Positions 55,600 through 64,000 of a stretch of DNA of 64,000 bases are shown in pieces. A model generated the notes under the pieces. It was given only the letters and a program-made list of their open reading frames with translations, was not told where the DNA came from and did no database searches. The position numbers were made by a program, and so were the translations under genes. Position 1 is the first letter of the stretch. Each line of letters opens with the position of its first letter. This stretch comes from Candidatus Thorarchaeota archaeon (lineage in GTDB: Archaea; Asgardarchaeota; Thorarchaeia; Thorarchaeales; Thorarchaeaceae): NCBI GenBank assembly GCA_011364985.1, contig RDOC01000001.1:320001-384000 (forward strand), in the 5' to 3' direction.

Positions 55600-57564
55600 A
55601 TGCCTGAAACACGCGTTGGAGTATTCCTATGTCACTGTGGAAGTAATATCGCAGGTGTCGTTAATATCGACAAAGTGATGGAGGCGATTACAGAACTTCC
55701 TAACGTCGAGCACGTTGAGGACTATAAGTATCTCTGTTCCAAGCCCGGGCAGCAGATGCTGAAGGATCGTATCAAGCAGCATCAACTTAACCGTGTGGTA
55801 ATCGCCTCATGTAGCCCGCGAATGCATGAACCAACCTTCAGACAAACCATGCGAGAAGCAGGGTTGAACGCGTTCCTTTTGGATATAGCGAATATACGAG
55901 AGCATGTCAGCTGGATTCATGCCCAAGACCCAGAGGGGGCAACGGAGAAAGCAATCGATCTGGTTCGCATGTCCCTTGCTCGAGCAAGACTTCTGGAGCC
56001 GCTAGATGAACCAGAGGTCAATATAAAGAAAGCAAGCCTTGTTGTTGGTGCCGGTATTGCTGGAATCTCGGCATCATTGGATTTGGCAAATGCGGGGTAC
56101 AAGGTGTATCTTGTAGAGAAAGAGCCAACCATTGGTGGGCACATGGCAATGTGGGATAAGACCTTTCCGACCTTGGATTGCTCCAGCTGTATTTTGACTC
56201 CCCGGATGGCTGAGGTGGGTGCGCATCCAAATATCGAGCTCTTCACCATGGCCGAAGTTGAGCAGGTAGATGGTTTTGTCGGCAACTTCGAAATCACAAT
56301 TCATCAAAAGGCGCGATACGTCGACATAGAGAAGTGTACCTCATGTGGTGATTGTTCAGAGATATGTCCCGTAGATATCCCCTCTGCCTTCGATGCAAAC
56401 TTGGGCTACAGAAAGGCCATCCATATTCCATTCGCCCAAGCCGTGCCTTCTGCATATCTTCTTGATATGGAGAACTGCCTTGGAGTAGATGCAGTACGAT
56501 GCGGAAAGTGTAAAGATGCCTGTGAGGCAGAAGCTATTGACTACGATGACCATGATAAGAGAACCAAGATCTGCGTAGGAACCATTATAGTGGCTACCGG
56601 TTTTGATCTCTTTGATGCTTCCCAGAAGCAAGAATATGGTTACGGAGAATACGCGAATGTTGTCAATATTGCAGAAGTCGAAAGAATGCTGAATGCAGCA
56701 GGACCGACCAAGGGACACGTTGTTCGTCCTTCGGACCTTCAAGAACCAAAGCGTGTCGTGTATGTTCAATGCGTAGGAAGCCGCGATGAGCTCACCAACA
56801 GGTATTGCTCACGTATCTGTTGCATGACAGCAATTAAACAAGCACGGATGATTCGTGACAAACTTGGAGCCGAGGTCTACATCTTCTATATTGACCTTCG
56901 AACCTTTGGAAAGGGGTATGAAGAGTTCTATGAGAGCACAGCAGAGGCAGGTGTGACTTTTATCCGAGGCAGAGTAGGAGAGGTTGTGGAAGAGGAAGAA
57001 ACCAGCCTCCTCACAGTGAGAGGAGAGGATACGTTGATTGGAAAGCCAATTCATTTGAACGACGTGGACCTGGTGGTTCTTTCAACAGGTGTTGTTGCAC
57101 CCAAGGCAGCAGAGCGAATAGCGCATGCACTGAACCTAAGCATATCACCTGATGGATTCCTCATGGAGGCGCATCCAAAGCTGCGACCTGTCGACTCATT
57201 CAATGATGGCATCTTCGTGGCAGGCATGGCACAAGGTCCGAAAGACATTCCGGACACAGTGGCTCAGGCCAAAGCAGCAGCATCAGGTGCAATGGCGCTG
57301 ATGGGTAAGGGAAAGATCAACATTGAGCCCTATTACTCAATTGTCGATGAAGTCAAATGCGCCGGCTGTAAAATATGCATAACAGTGTGTCCCTACAACG
57401 CAATAAGCATCAATGAACGCGAAAAGGCGGAGATCAATCCTGCACTGTGCAAGGGATGCGGCACCTGTACAGCAACCTGCCCGAGTGGGGCAATCTCCTC
57501 ACAGCACTACACCGATGGGCAGATAGCAGCTATGCTTGATGCGTTCCTTTCCAGTCCCCAGTAG
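55600..57564 (+). CDS. hdrA: Heterodisulfide reductase subunit A-like flavoprotein
   Basis: GVFLCHCGSNI, ASCSPRMHE, NIREH, GAGIAG, KTFPTLDCSSCIL, QCVGSRD, YCSRICC, EAHPKLRPV and C-terminal ferredoxin domain. Confidence 0.95.
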   Translation: MPETRVGVFLCHCGSNIAGVVNIDKVMEAITELPNVEHVEDYKYLCSKPGQQMLKDRIKQHQLNRVVIASCSPRMHEPTFRQTMREAGLNAFLLDIANIREHVSWIHAQDPEGATEKAIDLVRMSLARARLLEPLDEPEVNIKKASLVVGAGIAGISASLDLANAGYKVYLVEKEPTIGGHMAMWDKTFPTLDCSSCILTPRMAEVGAHPNIELFTMAEVEQVDGFVGNFEITIHQKARYVDIEKCTSCGDCSEICPVDIPSAFDANLGYRKAIHIPFAQAVPSAYLLDMENCLGVDAVRCGKCKDACEAEAIDYDDHDKRTKICVGTIIVATGFDLFDASQKQEYGYGEYANVVNIAEVERMLNAAGPTKGHVVRPSDLQEPKRVVYVQCVGSRDELTNRYCSRICCMTAIKQARMIRDKLGAEVYIFYIDLRTFGKGYEEFYESTAEAGVTFIRGRVGEVVEEEETSLLTVRGEDTLIGKPIHLNDVDLVVLSTGVVAPKAAERIAHALNLSISPDGFLMEAHPKLRPVDSFNDGIFVAGMAQGPKDIPDTVAQAKAAASGAMALMGKGKINIEPYYSIVDEVKCAGCKICITVCPYNAISINEREKAEINPALCKGCGTCTATCPSGAISSQHYTDGQIAAMLDAFLSSPQ

Positions 57565-57605
57565 AAACTGCATGATGTTAATGAAATGGGACGACAGTGA
57601 TGTCA

Positions 57606-58229
57606 ATGGCGGATTTGACTGTGGCAGTATTAGTTGGAGGAGAGTCCACACGCTTCAAAGCAGAGAAATTCCTAGCTAAGTTCCAAAGAAAAACATTGAT
57701 TGCCCATATGATGAATATTGCCAAGTCCATTTCTCCAAATGTCCTCGTGGTGACATCAAGCGAAGAACAGGCAAAATCCGTTAGAAGCGTGGTGAGCTCG
57801 GCTGAAGTAGTAGTTGACCCAGAGGAGTCGACGAAGGCACCGATCATAGGTGCATTAACTGCTTTCGAGTACTCTGAAACTTCACATACCATGCTTCTTC
57901 CTATTGACACACCTCTTGCCAATGTGTATCTCCTGCGTGCCTTAGGGGACCTAGCCGAAGGTCACGGCGCAGTCGTACCGAGATGGCCATCGGGGTATAT
58001 CGAACCACTTCATTCAGTCTATCTCACAGAACATGCCTATTCTAAGGGACTAGACCTGATAGCTGCCAGAAGATATCGAATGCAAATGCTACTTGATACG
58101 ATGAACCGTGTCATATACGTTTCAACTTTAGTCCTGCAGAGATTTGATCCTGATTTGCTCACTTTTAGGAATGCCAATACGCCAAAGGAACTGCTTAGAC
58201 TCGAAGGGCAAGCCCATCGCCGAAGCTAA
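57606..58229 (+). CDS. mobA: Molybdenum cofactor guanylyltransferase MobA-like
   Basis: VLVGGESTRF..EK, APIIG, PIDTP, EPLHSVY and NANTPKEL. Confidence 0.82.
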   Translation: MADLTVAVLVGGESTRFKAEKFLAKFQRKTLIAHMMNIAKSISPNVLVVTSSEEQAKSVRSVVSSAEVVVDPEESTKAPIIGALTAFEYSETSHTMLLPIDTPLANVYLLRALGDLAEGHGAVVPRWPSGYIEPLHSVYLTEHAYSKGLDLIAARRYRMQMLLDTMNRVIYVSTLVLQRFDPDLLTFRNANTPKELLRLEGQAHRRS

Positions 58230-59305
58230 ACAGCATGATATTCGTGCCTGATTCTACAGGTTCCTTCATGACCCACCATGCAAGGACCGTACGGATTATC
58301 CGGAACACATCGTTTTCCAAAGAGAGGACAGTCGGATGGATCAGCAATTCCAAGAATGACATCATGGCACCTGCATCCTGGCATGATATCAATTGATTCG
58401 GTTGGTGGAAAACTGAACCGAAGCCGAGCATTAAAGGCCTCGTATTCTTTCCGCAGAAACAATCCAGATTCCTTGATTATTCCAAGACCTCTCCACGGTG
58501 CATCGTCAACCCTAAACACACTATCAAGGATCTTTTGTGCAGCTAAATTCCCCTCAGGATGCACAACACGGGTATATTCGTTTTCGGACTCAGCACGTCC
58601 TTCCTTCTTTTGAAGAAGAATCATTCTGATTGACTCTAGGACATCCAAGGGTTCAAATCCAGCTGCCACGCAAGGCACTCTGTACATCTCAGCAATTGGT
58701 TGAAAAGCATTTGTTCCGATAATTGCGCTTACATGCCCAGGCGTGATAAAGCCATCTACTGCAAAGCCTTCGAGATTGACAAGGAGATCCATTGCGGGAG
58801 GTATTATTTTCAATGAGGTCAGAATAGAGAAGTTGCCAGGAGGACTGCGAGATATCTCTGCAGCCATTGTAGGAGCAGTGGTTTCAAAGCCAACGCCAAT
58901 AAACACGACTTCTCTATCAGGGTGGGCCTTAGCGATTTCTACAGATTCGGTGACTCCATATACTACTCTAACATCAGCACCGTTTGCGCGCTCTTTCACT
59001 AGCGATGATGATGTAGAAGGGACTCTCATCATATCACCAAAGGTGGCAATAATGTGTCCTTGGCGCGCAAGCTCTATAGCCATGTCGACATCTTGTGCCG
59101 CGCACACGCATACGGGGCATCCAGGACCAGCAACAAGACTTATGCTTTCAGGCAAGAGAGAACGAATGCCATGACTGCTTATTGTATCTTCATGTGTTCC
59201 GCAGATATGAACGATTCTTATTTTGCTAGGCCTAGCAAGATGTTTAATCTCCTTGACTAGAGCCTTCGCATACTTAGCATCCCGAAACTTGCTCGTGTCC
59301 AGCAT
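58226..59305 (-). CDS. hypD: Hydrogenase maturation protein HypD
   Basis: HICGTH, GPGCPVC, GFETTAP, PGHVS, GFEP, NEY.R and CPLF...C.P..P.GPCMV..EGTC. Confidence 0.97.
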   Translation of the reverse strand: MLDTSKFRDAKYAKALVKEIKHLARPSKIRIVHICGTHEDTISSHGIRSLLPESISLVAGPGCPVCVCAAQDVDMAIELARQGHIIATFGDMMRVPSTSSSLVKERANGADVRVVYGVTESVEIAKAHPDREVVFIGVGFETTAPTMAAEISRSPPGNFSILTSLKIIPPAMDLLVNLEGFAVDGFITPGHVSAIIGTNAFQPIAEMYRVPCVAAGFEPLDVLESIRMILLQKKEGRAESENEYTRVVHPEGNLAAQKILDSVFRVDDAPWRGLGIIKESGLFLRKEYEAFNARLRFSFPPTESIDIMPGCRCHDVILGIADPSDCPLFGKRCVPDNPYGPCMVGHEGTCRIRHEYHAV

Positions 59306-59377
59306 GAACATCAATCAATAAAGCGGTGAATGCGAATAAAAGGAAGCTTGTATAGCACTTGAAGAATCAGTAGGATA

Positions 59378-59704
59378 TTAGGATGAGCCATTGTCCTTGG
59401 TGACTTCGTCCAAGATCACCAGTGACTCACCTAATGAGATAGACAGCTTGCTTGCCAATTCTTTTGGTGTCACTTTCGGGTTTTTTGCGATAACATGATC
59501 CCTTGTATAACCAAGGAGACCAGCATACATTGGATTCCGTTGGGCTGTTTCAGTAAGAATATCCCAGAGGGGGTGTGTCTTGAAATCTCCCAAGTCTATT
59601 TCGATAAGGCGTGTCGATTTCTTGTTCCTTTTCTTTTGAGGGGTAGAAACAAGGGCGTCCTTTTGGGTTTCCATGGTATGCCTCGTGAGTCTATCTTGTT
59701 TCAA
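59378..59704 (-). CDS. Hypothetical protein with C-terminal HTH-like segment
   Basis: NPKVTPKELASKLSISLGES; basic N-terminus. Confidence 0.6.
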   Translation of the reverse strand: MKQDRLTRHTMETQKDALVSTPQKKRNKKSTRLIEIDLGDFKTHPLWDILTETAQRNPMYAGLLGYTRDHVIAKNPKVTPKELASKLSISLGESLVILDEVTKDNGSS

Positions 59705-59959
59705 ATTTGCATCCCTTACCTATTCCCGGCGAAACGAAGGAAGCTGCTCTCTCCAAGATATGATACCTCTGTGATATAAGCATTAGGGCGTCATAGAGGC
59801 CTGTGAGAATGTTTCTAGTCAACGTCTAGGAAAGATACCTAAGAAATGTGGCAATGAAGATTTCGCATGAAAAGTCACATTCATGCCACGCAGCAAGGTT
59901 TAACAAGGGAGAATCTTGGAATACGTTGAGCCTCCTGCCTAAGGGGAGGAACTCGGAGT

Positions 59960-60265
59960 ATGAACCTATTGCCTCATGGCATCAGGAGAATAGTATTAGA
60001 TGTATTGAAGCCTCACACACCGAGGCTTACAGATTTGGCCCTCATGCTTACTCGAGACGAGAGAGTCAATGGAGTAAACGTGACAGTAAAAGAGGTTGAC
60101 GCAAATACCGAATCCATCACCATTACATTGGAAGGTGATGACCTTCAATTTGAGTCTATTAAGGAGATACTACAGCAGGCAGGCGCTGTGATTCACTCAA
60201 TCGACCAAGTTGTTGCTGGTAAACGGTTTGTTGAAGAGGTGACACTACAACCGGAGAATTCTTAG
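59960..60265 (+). CDS. DUF211 family protein
   Basis: IRRIVLDVLKPH, V.GVNVTV.EVD and GAVIHSIDQVVAG. Confidence 0.9.
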   Translation: MNLLPHGIRRIVLDVLKPHTPRLTDLALMLTRDERVNGVNVTVKEVDANTESITITLEGDDLQFESIKEILQQAGAVIHSIDQVVAGKRFVEEVTLQPENS

Positions 60266-60267
60266 CT

Positions 60268-60876
60268 TCAACGTCCTTCAAGCTGGTCCAGTAGCCGCTT
60301 GCTTTCCTCTTCGATTTTTCGCTGCACTAGATTATGTATCTCCTCAACAAATGCAATAGGTACTATCTTTACAACGCTGCAAAGCCGATCTACGATTCTC
60401 TCGGCCAGCGCATTCGGAGAAACAACAGACTCCTTGATTATGCTTCGTACAACTTCTTCCCCGACACTGGATTTGACTACGGAGTCAATAACACTAGCTA
60501 CTGTCCCTTCCGGATCCATGAAGAAAGGTAGTCGGCTAGTGTCGTACAAGACCGTGTAGCGCAATTTGTCGACAATGCTATCAGTGTACCAGTCTATACT
60601 GGACTCCTTCACGTCAAGGCGCTCTGAGAATTGGGTCTTTGTGATCGGGTTGGGGTGACTCCAAGGATGGCGTGTTACTACATAAAGCGCTGCGCTGAAG
60701 AAGGAATCAACTTCTCTTGGCACTCCCTCTGAAGAAACATACCTGCGGATCAAATCCAATGCTATGTTCTCATATCTTTCATCAATTCCGTTCTGCTCAT
60801 AGAACTCGTGAGCATCTCGTACAACACGCACAACCACTTGTGGATTCACAACCATGCTCTTATCGACGTGCGTCAA
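60268..60876 (-). CDS. Hypothetical protein with a single TFB/cyclin-box-like repeat
   Basis: SAALYVVTR...PITKTQFSERLDVKESSIDWYTDSIVDKL aligns by eye with the TFB repeat AAAIY...RTQREIA...VTEVTVRNRYKEIVRKL. Confidence 0.65.
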   Translation of the reverse strand: MTHVDKSMVVNPQVVVRVVRDAHEFYEQNGIDERYENIALDLIRRYVSSEGVPREVDSFFSAALYVVTRHPWSHPNPITKTQFSERLDVKESSIDWYTDSIVDKLRYTVLYDTSRLPFFMDPEGTVASVIDSVVKSSVGEEVVRSIIKESVVSPNALAERIVDRLCSVVKIVPIAFVEEIHNLVQRKIEEESKRLLDQLEGR

Positions 60877-60978
60877 AGCTGGGGCACTCCTTCAGCCAAA
60901 GGCTATTACCAAACCGCAGAATACTGATTTAAGTACTTGTCCAAAGGAAGAAGAGGTGAGGCATTTTCGCGCCGAATG

Positions 60979-61551
60979 TCAACGAGCACGATAGGTCTTC
61001 TCCAGGGCCCATCGCAAAGTGCGTTCGATTTCCATGAATTGATCTTCACCGCTGAAATTCCTAATAACAACCTTCTGAAGAATGCCATCTTCTGCAACTA
61101 CCTCAAAATCAAAAGCTTGAACCCAGTCGATCTCACCACTTTCGACTCGCTCTCTGTCTTGTTGTTGATATTGCCCCAATATCCGTTCAACAAAGAACCT
61201 GGCAAAAGCTCCACGCTTAATGTCATAAAGGGCATGTGGTGAAGGGATTATTGTGATTTCGTTATCCTCCACCTGCATAGTTGCGAGTTCCAGATCACGA
61301 GCCTTATTGAACACAGCAGTAGATTTCGGCAACACGACTGCTTCAGCTGTGGATTGAGGCATTGCTTCACTATGCTCTTCTGTAGCCCTAGTCAATGCAA
61401 CATCGGCTGTTGAGAAGCTACCAGCTCCAATAATCGTGTCAAGATTCTCAAGTATTTCCTCTATTCGTGCTGTCTTCTCTCTAAGATCCTCAAGTATTTC
61501 GCCCAATTCCTCTCTTAGCCCAACAAGGGCACGAATATCGATGTTTTCCAC
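60979..61551 (-). CDS. Hypothetical protein (N-terminal coiled coil)
   Basis: 190-aa ORF with GAGGT SD, heptad-rich N-terminus, linker and alpha/beta C-terminal domain. Confidence 0.75.
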   Translation of the reverse strand: MENIDIRALVGLREELGEILEDLREKTARIEEILENLDTIIGAGSFSTADVALTRATEEHSEAMPQSTAEAVVLPKSTAVFNKARDLELATMQVEDNEITIIPSPHALYDIKRGAFARFFVERILGQYQQQDRERVESGEIDWVQAFDFEVVAEDGILQKVVIRNFSGEDQFMEIERTLRWALEKTYRAR

Positions 61552-61654
61552 TTGCCGACCTCGTTCTAACGATAGATGCCTTATTTCTGTTTACTTCACA
61601 AGTATTTTACAGCATGTATTATAGAAGAAGCCACATCTCTTCGACAATAAGAAA

Positions 61655-61888
61655 CTAATCTGCATCCACTGCTATCGCAAAATCAGGGCAGTGCATTTCA
61701 CAGAGCCTACAGGCCATGCAGGCGTCCAGATTGACTACTTCAGGTAGATAAAATCCTCGATTATCAACCTCCTTAGATTTCTCCAAAACACCATGAGGAC
61801 AGACTGAAATGCAAATATGACACCCCTTGCAGAGGTTCTTGTCCACAACAACAGCATGAACTCTCTTGGGCAATCCTGATGTCTCCAT
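61655..61888 (-). CDS. 2x[4Fe-4S] ferredoxin (KorD/delta-subunit-like)
   Basis: CKGCHICISVCP and CMACRLCEMHCPDFAI. Confidence 0.9.
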   Translation of the reverse strand: METSGLPKRVHAVVVDKNLCKGCHICISVCPHGVLEKSKEVDNRGFYLPEVVNLDACMACRLCEMHCPDFAIAVDAD

Positions 61889-61988
61889 CTTGCGCAGAAA
61901 ATCTTCTTTGATATAATGCTATTTATTTGACACCTAAGAGTCGGTGTTAAATAGCTAAGAACTACACTAGTTGAAGAAGGCATCGGCA

Positions 61989-62702
61989 ATGCTAAAGCCC
62001 TTTCTTGTGTTCATGTGCCCTAAGTGCAAGAATTTCACAAATGCTCCTGTCGGACAAAAACGCAGGCGTTGCAGTTATTGCGGAAAAATAATAGACATAA
62101 CTAAGGCGGCCACTGCAATCTTTGATAGTCCAGAAAAAGCATCAGCTGCAGTCAAGCAGTTCAACGCCTCAAGAGGAGGGGATGCATTTGACCAAGCAGT
62201 GCGGAAAACAAGGGAGAAAATGAAGGAGTTAATTCCTCTCACAAAACTCCGTGCATCAGATGTAAAGAGCAACCTTAGGCAGGACCTTCCCTCTGGGAAA
62301 GCAAGACGATTGATGCGCCTTCTAGAGAATGAGGCAACCGAGAAAGCGTGCACACTTGACAGAATTGAGCTTCTCTGTGCTGAGTATCAGTTGGACTGGG
62401 CATGGGTCGAACATCAGCTAACGAAGCTGGCCAATCGAGGAGTTATCGTTTTTCCGCGACCATGGTCAATCAGGCTTGTTCAGATAGCTTCAGCAAGCAG
62501 TAAATCGGACCTGAAGATTGATGCTTCAAAGGAGATTATTGTGCTCTTGAAGAAGGCAGGCGGCGAGATGCTTTTCGATGAGATTGTGAAGCATTTTGCC
62601 TTAGCAGATGTCGGCATCGACTCCGTGGAGGAATCTCTTGACCATCTTATGAGCCGAGGAGAGATTTACGAGCCCAAGTCAGGAATGATAAGTCTGATAT
62701 GA
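61989..62702 (+). CDS. Zn-ribbon (DUF1922-like) protein with winged-helix domains
   Basis: CPKC...RCSYCG; two wHTH-like segments (LTKLANRGVIVFP, LDHLMSRGEIYEPKSG). Confidence 0.75.
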   Translation: MLKPFLVFMCPKCKNFTNAPVGQKRRRCSYCGKIIDITKAATAIFDSPEKASAAVKQFNASRGGDAFDQAVRKTREKMKELIPLTKLRASDVKSNLRQDLPSGKARRLMRLLENEATEKACTLDRIELLCAEYQLDWAWVEHQLTKLANRGVIVFPRPWSIRLVQIASASSKSDLKIDASKEIIVLLKKAGGEMLFDEIVKHFALADVGIDSVEESLDHLMSRGEIYEPKSGMISLI

Positions 62703-62743
62703 GATTGGAGACATTGAATCAGTAGCCGAAGGCGGCGTTTGAT

Positions 62744-63133
62744 GTGCCAGTAGTAGAGATTGTAGCAAAGAAGGCTCTAGCAATGAATCCAGAGCTTGAC
62801 CTAGAAGTTGTGGATTTGATTGTTCTTCTTTGGCTCTACTCAAATCCATATGAAAGCAAAAGGCGGCAGCTTAGTAGCATGAGAAATGTTCTGAGAATGT
62901 GTGAGGCATTTCAGACTCCAGGAAAGGGAATCGAATTTTCAGAAGAGGAGTTGACTCAAGTAGTTCTAGGTAGCTTACAGAGACTGAAAAGCAAAGGACT
63001 AGTTTATGTGACATCAGCAGGAGTACACTACATTAAGGGGACTCTCACGGAAAAAGGGCAGCAGCTTGTAGATAGATCTATTTCCACATCCAATCTAAAG
63101 CGCGTCACTGAGGAATTTGGGAACAATCCCTAG
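62744..63133 (+). CDS. Hypothetical winged-helix protein
   Basis: SLQRLKSKGLV...TLTEKG wHTH wing signature. Confidence 0.7.
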   Translation: MPVVEIVAKKALAMNPELDLEVVDLIVLLWLYSNPYESKRRQLSSMRNVLRMCEAFQTPGKGIEFSEEELTQVVLGSLQRLKSKGLVYVTSAGVHYIKGTLTEKGQQLVDRSISTSNLKRVTEEFGNNP

Positions 63134-63196
63134 GCGTGTTTTAAGCCCTCCTACAACATTTCGCAACGCTTATATGCAGAGTACGCTCGGCACACC

Positions 63197-63314
63197 TGTC
63201 GCTCTTAAGAAACGGCTGTTTTGGAGTCATGGGAGTCAGTGCAGGCGCCTGATTCTGCTCGCGGACATGCCTGTATACGTGTGCCCGATGATTCTGGAGT
63301 GGCTGGCAGCGATA
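63197..63314 (+). ncRNA. Candidate multibranch structured RNA upstream of rpl22
   Basis: TGTCGCT/AGCGATA closing stem, 18-bp G-U-rich stem 63213-63230/63288-63305, two inner hairpins; TTATAT at 63170-63175. Confidence 0.55.
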
Positions 63315-63376
63315 AGAATCTGCATCTCTAAGCCATAATATATGGTAAAGAGAAGAAAACCGGAAGGTTAGCCGAC

Positions 63377-63841
63377 ATGCCGACGTACGGATACAGCATC
63401 ATAGGCATTGACCCAGATAGAACAGCAGTAGCCAGTGGTAGAAACATGCGCTGTTCCCCGAAGCAGAGCAGAGAGATCTGCAAAGCTATCCGGGGAATGA
63501 TGCTTGACAGGGCCATTGAGCTTCTCGAAGATGTGATTCAGGAGAAAGCTTGGATTCCTTATCGACGTCATAAGAAGAAGAGAGGACACCATTCAGGAAT
63601 GAAGAAGTGGGCTGCTGGCGGACATCCGGTCAAAGCCTCAGAGAACATCTTGAAGATACTGAAAAATGCAGAAGCCAATGCGGATAGCAAAGGTTTGGAC
63701 ATTGATAGGTTACGGATAATACATGCGGCCGCCTCAAGGGGTAGAACCTACAAGAAGTATATCGAAAGAGCATTTGGCAGAAGTAGTCCATACTTTAAGA
63801 ACACAACACATGTTGAGATTGTTCTAGAAGAGGTGATTTAA
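63377..63841 (+). CDS. rpl22: 50S ribosomal protein uL22
   Basis: SPKQSREIC.AIRG, HPVKAS, NAEANA..KGLD and RAFGRSSP...TTHVEIVL. Confidence 0.97.
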   Translation: MPTYGYSIIGIDPDRTAVASGRNMRCSPKQSREICKAIRGMMLDRAIELLEDVIQEKAWIPYRRHKKKRGHHSGMKKWAAGGHPVKASENILKILKNAEANADSKGLDIDRLRIIHAAASRGRTYKKYIERAFGRSSPYFKNTTHVEIVLEEVI

Positions 63842-64000
63842 TGTCGGCGGTTAAGTACTTCATAGACCTGAATTCAAAGAAGCTGAAGATTGACGAGTTC
63901 TTAGCAAGAGAGTTGAATTCCGCGGGCTATGGCGGTGTTGATATTCGGAAAATGCCAATGCGAACCGAAGTCGTCATTCAGGCTTCCAGACCAGGAGTCG
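63841..64000 (+). CDS. rps3: 30S ribosomal protein uS3 (truncated by the window edge)
   Basis: MSAVKYFI...IDEFLARELNSAGYGGVDIR...TEVVIQASRPGV; TAATG overlap with rpl22. Confidence 0.95.
   Translation, partial: MSAVKYFIDLNSKKLKIDEFLARELNSAGYGGVDIRKMPMRTEVVIQASRPGV

Noticed and set aside
59848-59889. Hairpin GTGGC-A-ATGAA...TTCAT-GCCAC as a eukaryote-type SECIS
   Set aside because: ATGA is Watson-Crick paired rather than facing GA, so there is no non-canonical quartet, and no UGA-containing gene is adjacent.
1-64000. CRISPR arrays, IS elements, proviruses and rRNA genes
   Set aside because: No regularly spaced repeats, transposase, integrase, capsid motifs or rRNA signature sequences were found by inspection.

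Overview
Gene-dense archaeal chromosome segment. Gene content points to Asgard archaea, most likely Thorarchaeota; this is inferred from the Roadblock/LC7 protein, the Get3-like ATPase, eukaryote-like selenocysteine machinery, orphan PAS histidine kinases and archaeal TFB/Rpo12/LeuRS/GGGP synthase. No transposase, integrase, CRISPR array or rRNA was seen. Main blocks: (1) glycosylation and sugar-nucleotide genes, hypC and an ABC exporter (1-8.7 kb); (2) an anaerobic redox region with two tungsten AOR-family oxidoreductases plus Fe-S partners, MoaD, a DHOD/DPD-like flavoenzyme and two amidohydrolases (8.7-22.8 kb); (3) leuS, tfb and a compact selenocysteine locus: pstk, a 9/4-type tRNA-Sec(UCA), an unknown gene, SepSecS and selB (23.5-36.4 kb); (4) mostly housekeeping genes (endA, uppP, Get3/ArsA, rpo12, aIF1, a second tfb, map, GGGPS, hdrA, mobA, hypD), ending at the rpl22-rps3 operon. 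Most notable items missing from the ORF track: the tRNA-Sec, a 33-aa single-TM microprotein translationally coupled to the Get3-like ATPase, a probable CTG start codon for a UDP-sugar dehydrogenase, and several structured intergenic RNA candidates, the best being a ~120-nt multibranch element upstream of rpl22. An uncharacterised 216-aa gene inside the Sec operon and several enzymes with degenerate active sites also merit follow-up. All family calls come from motif recognition by eye, not database searches.
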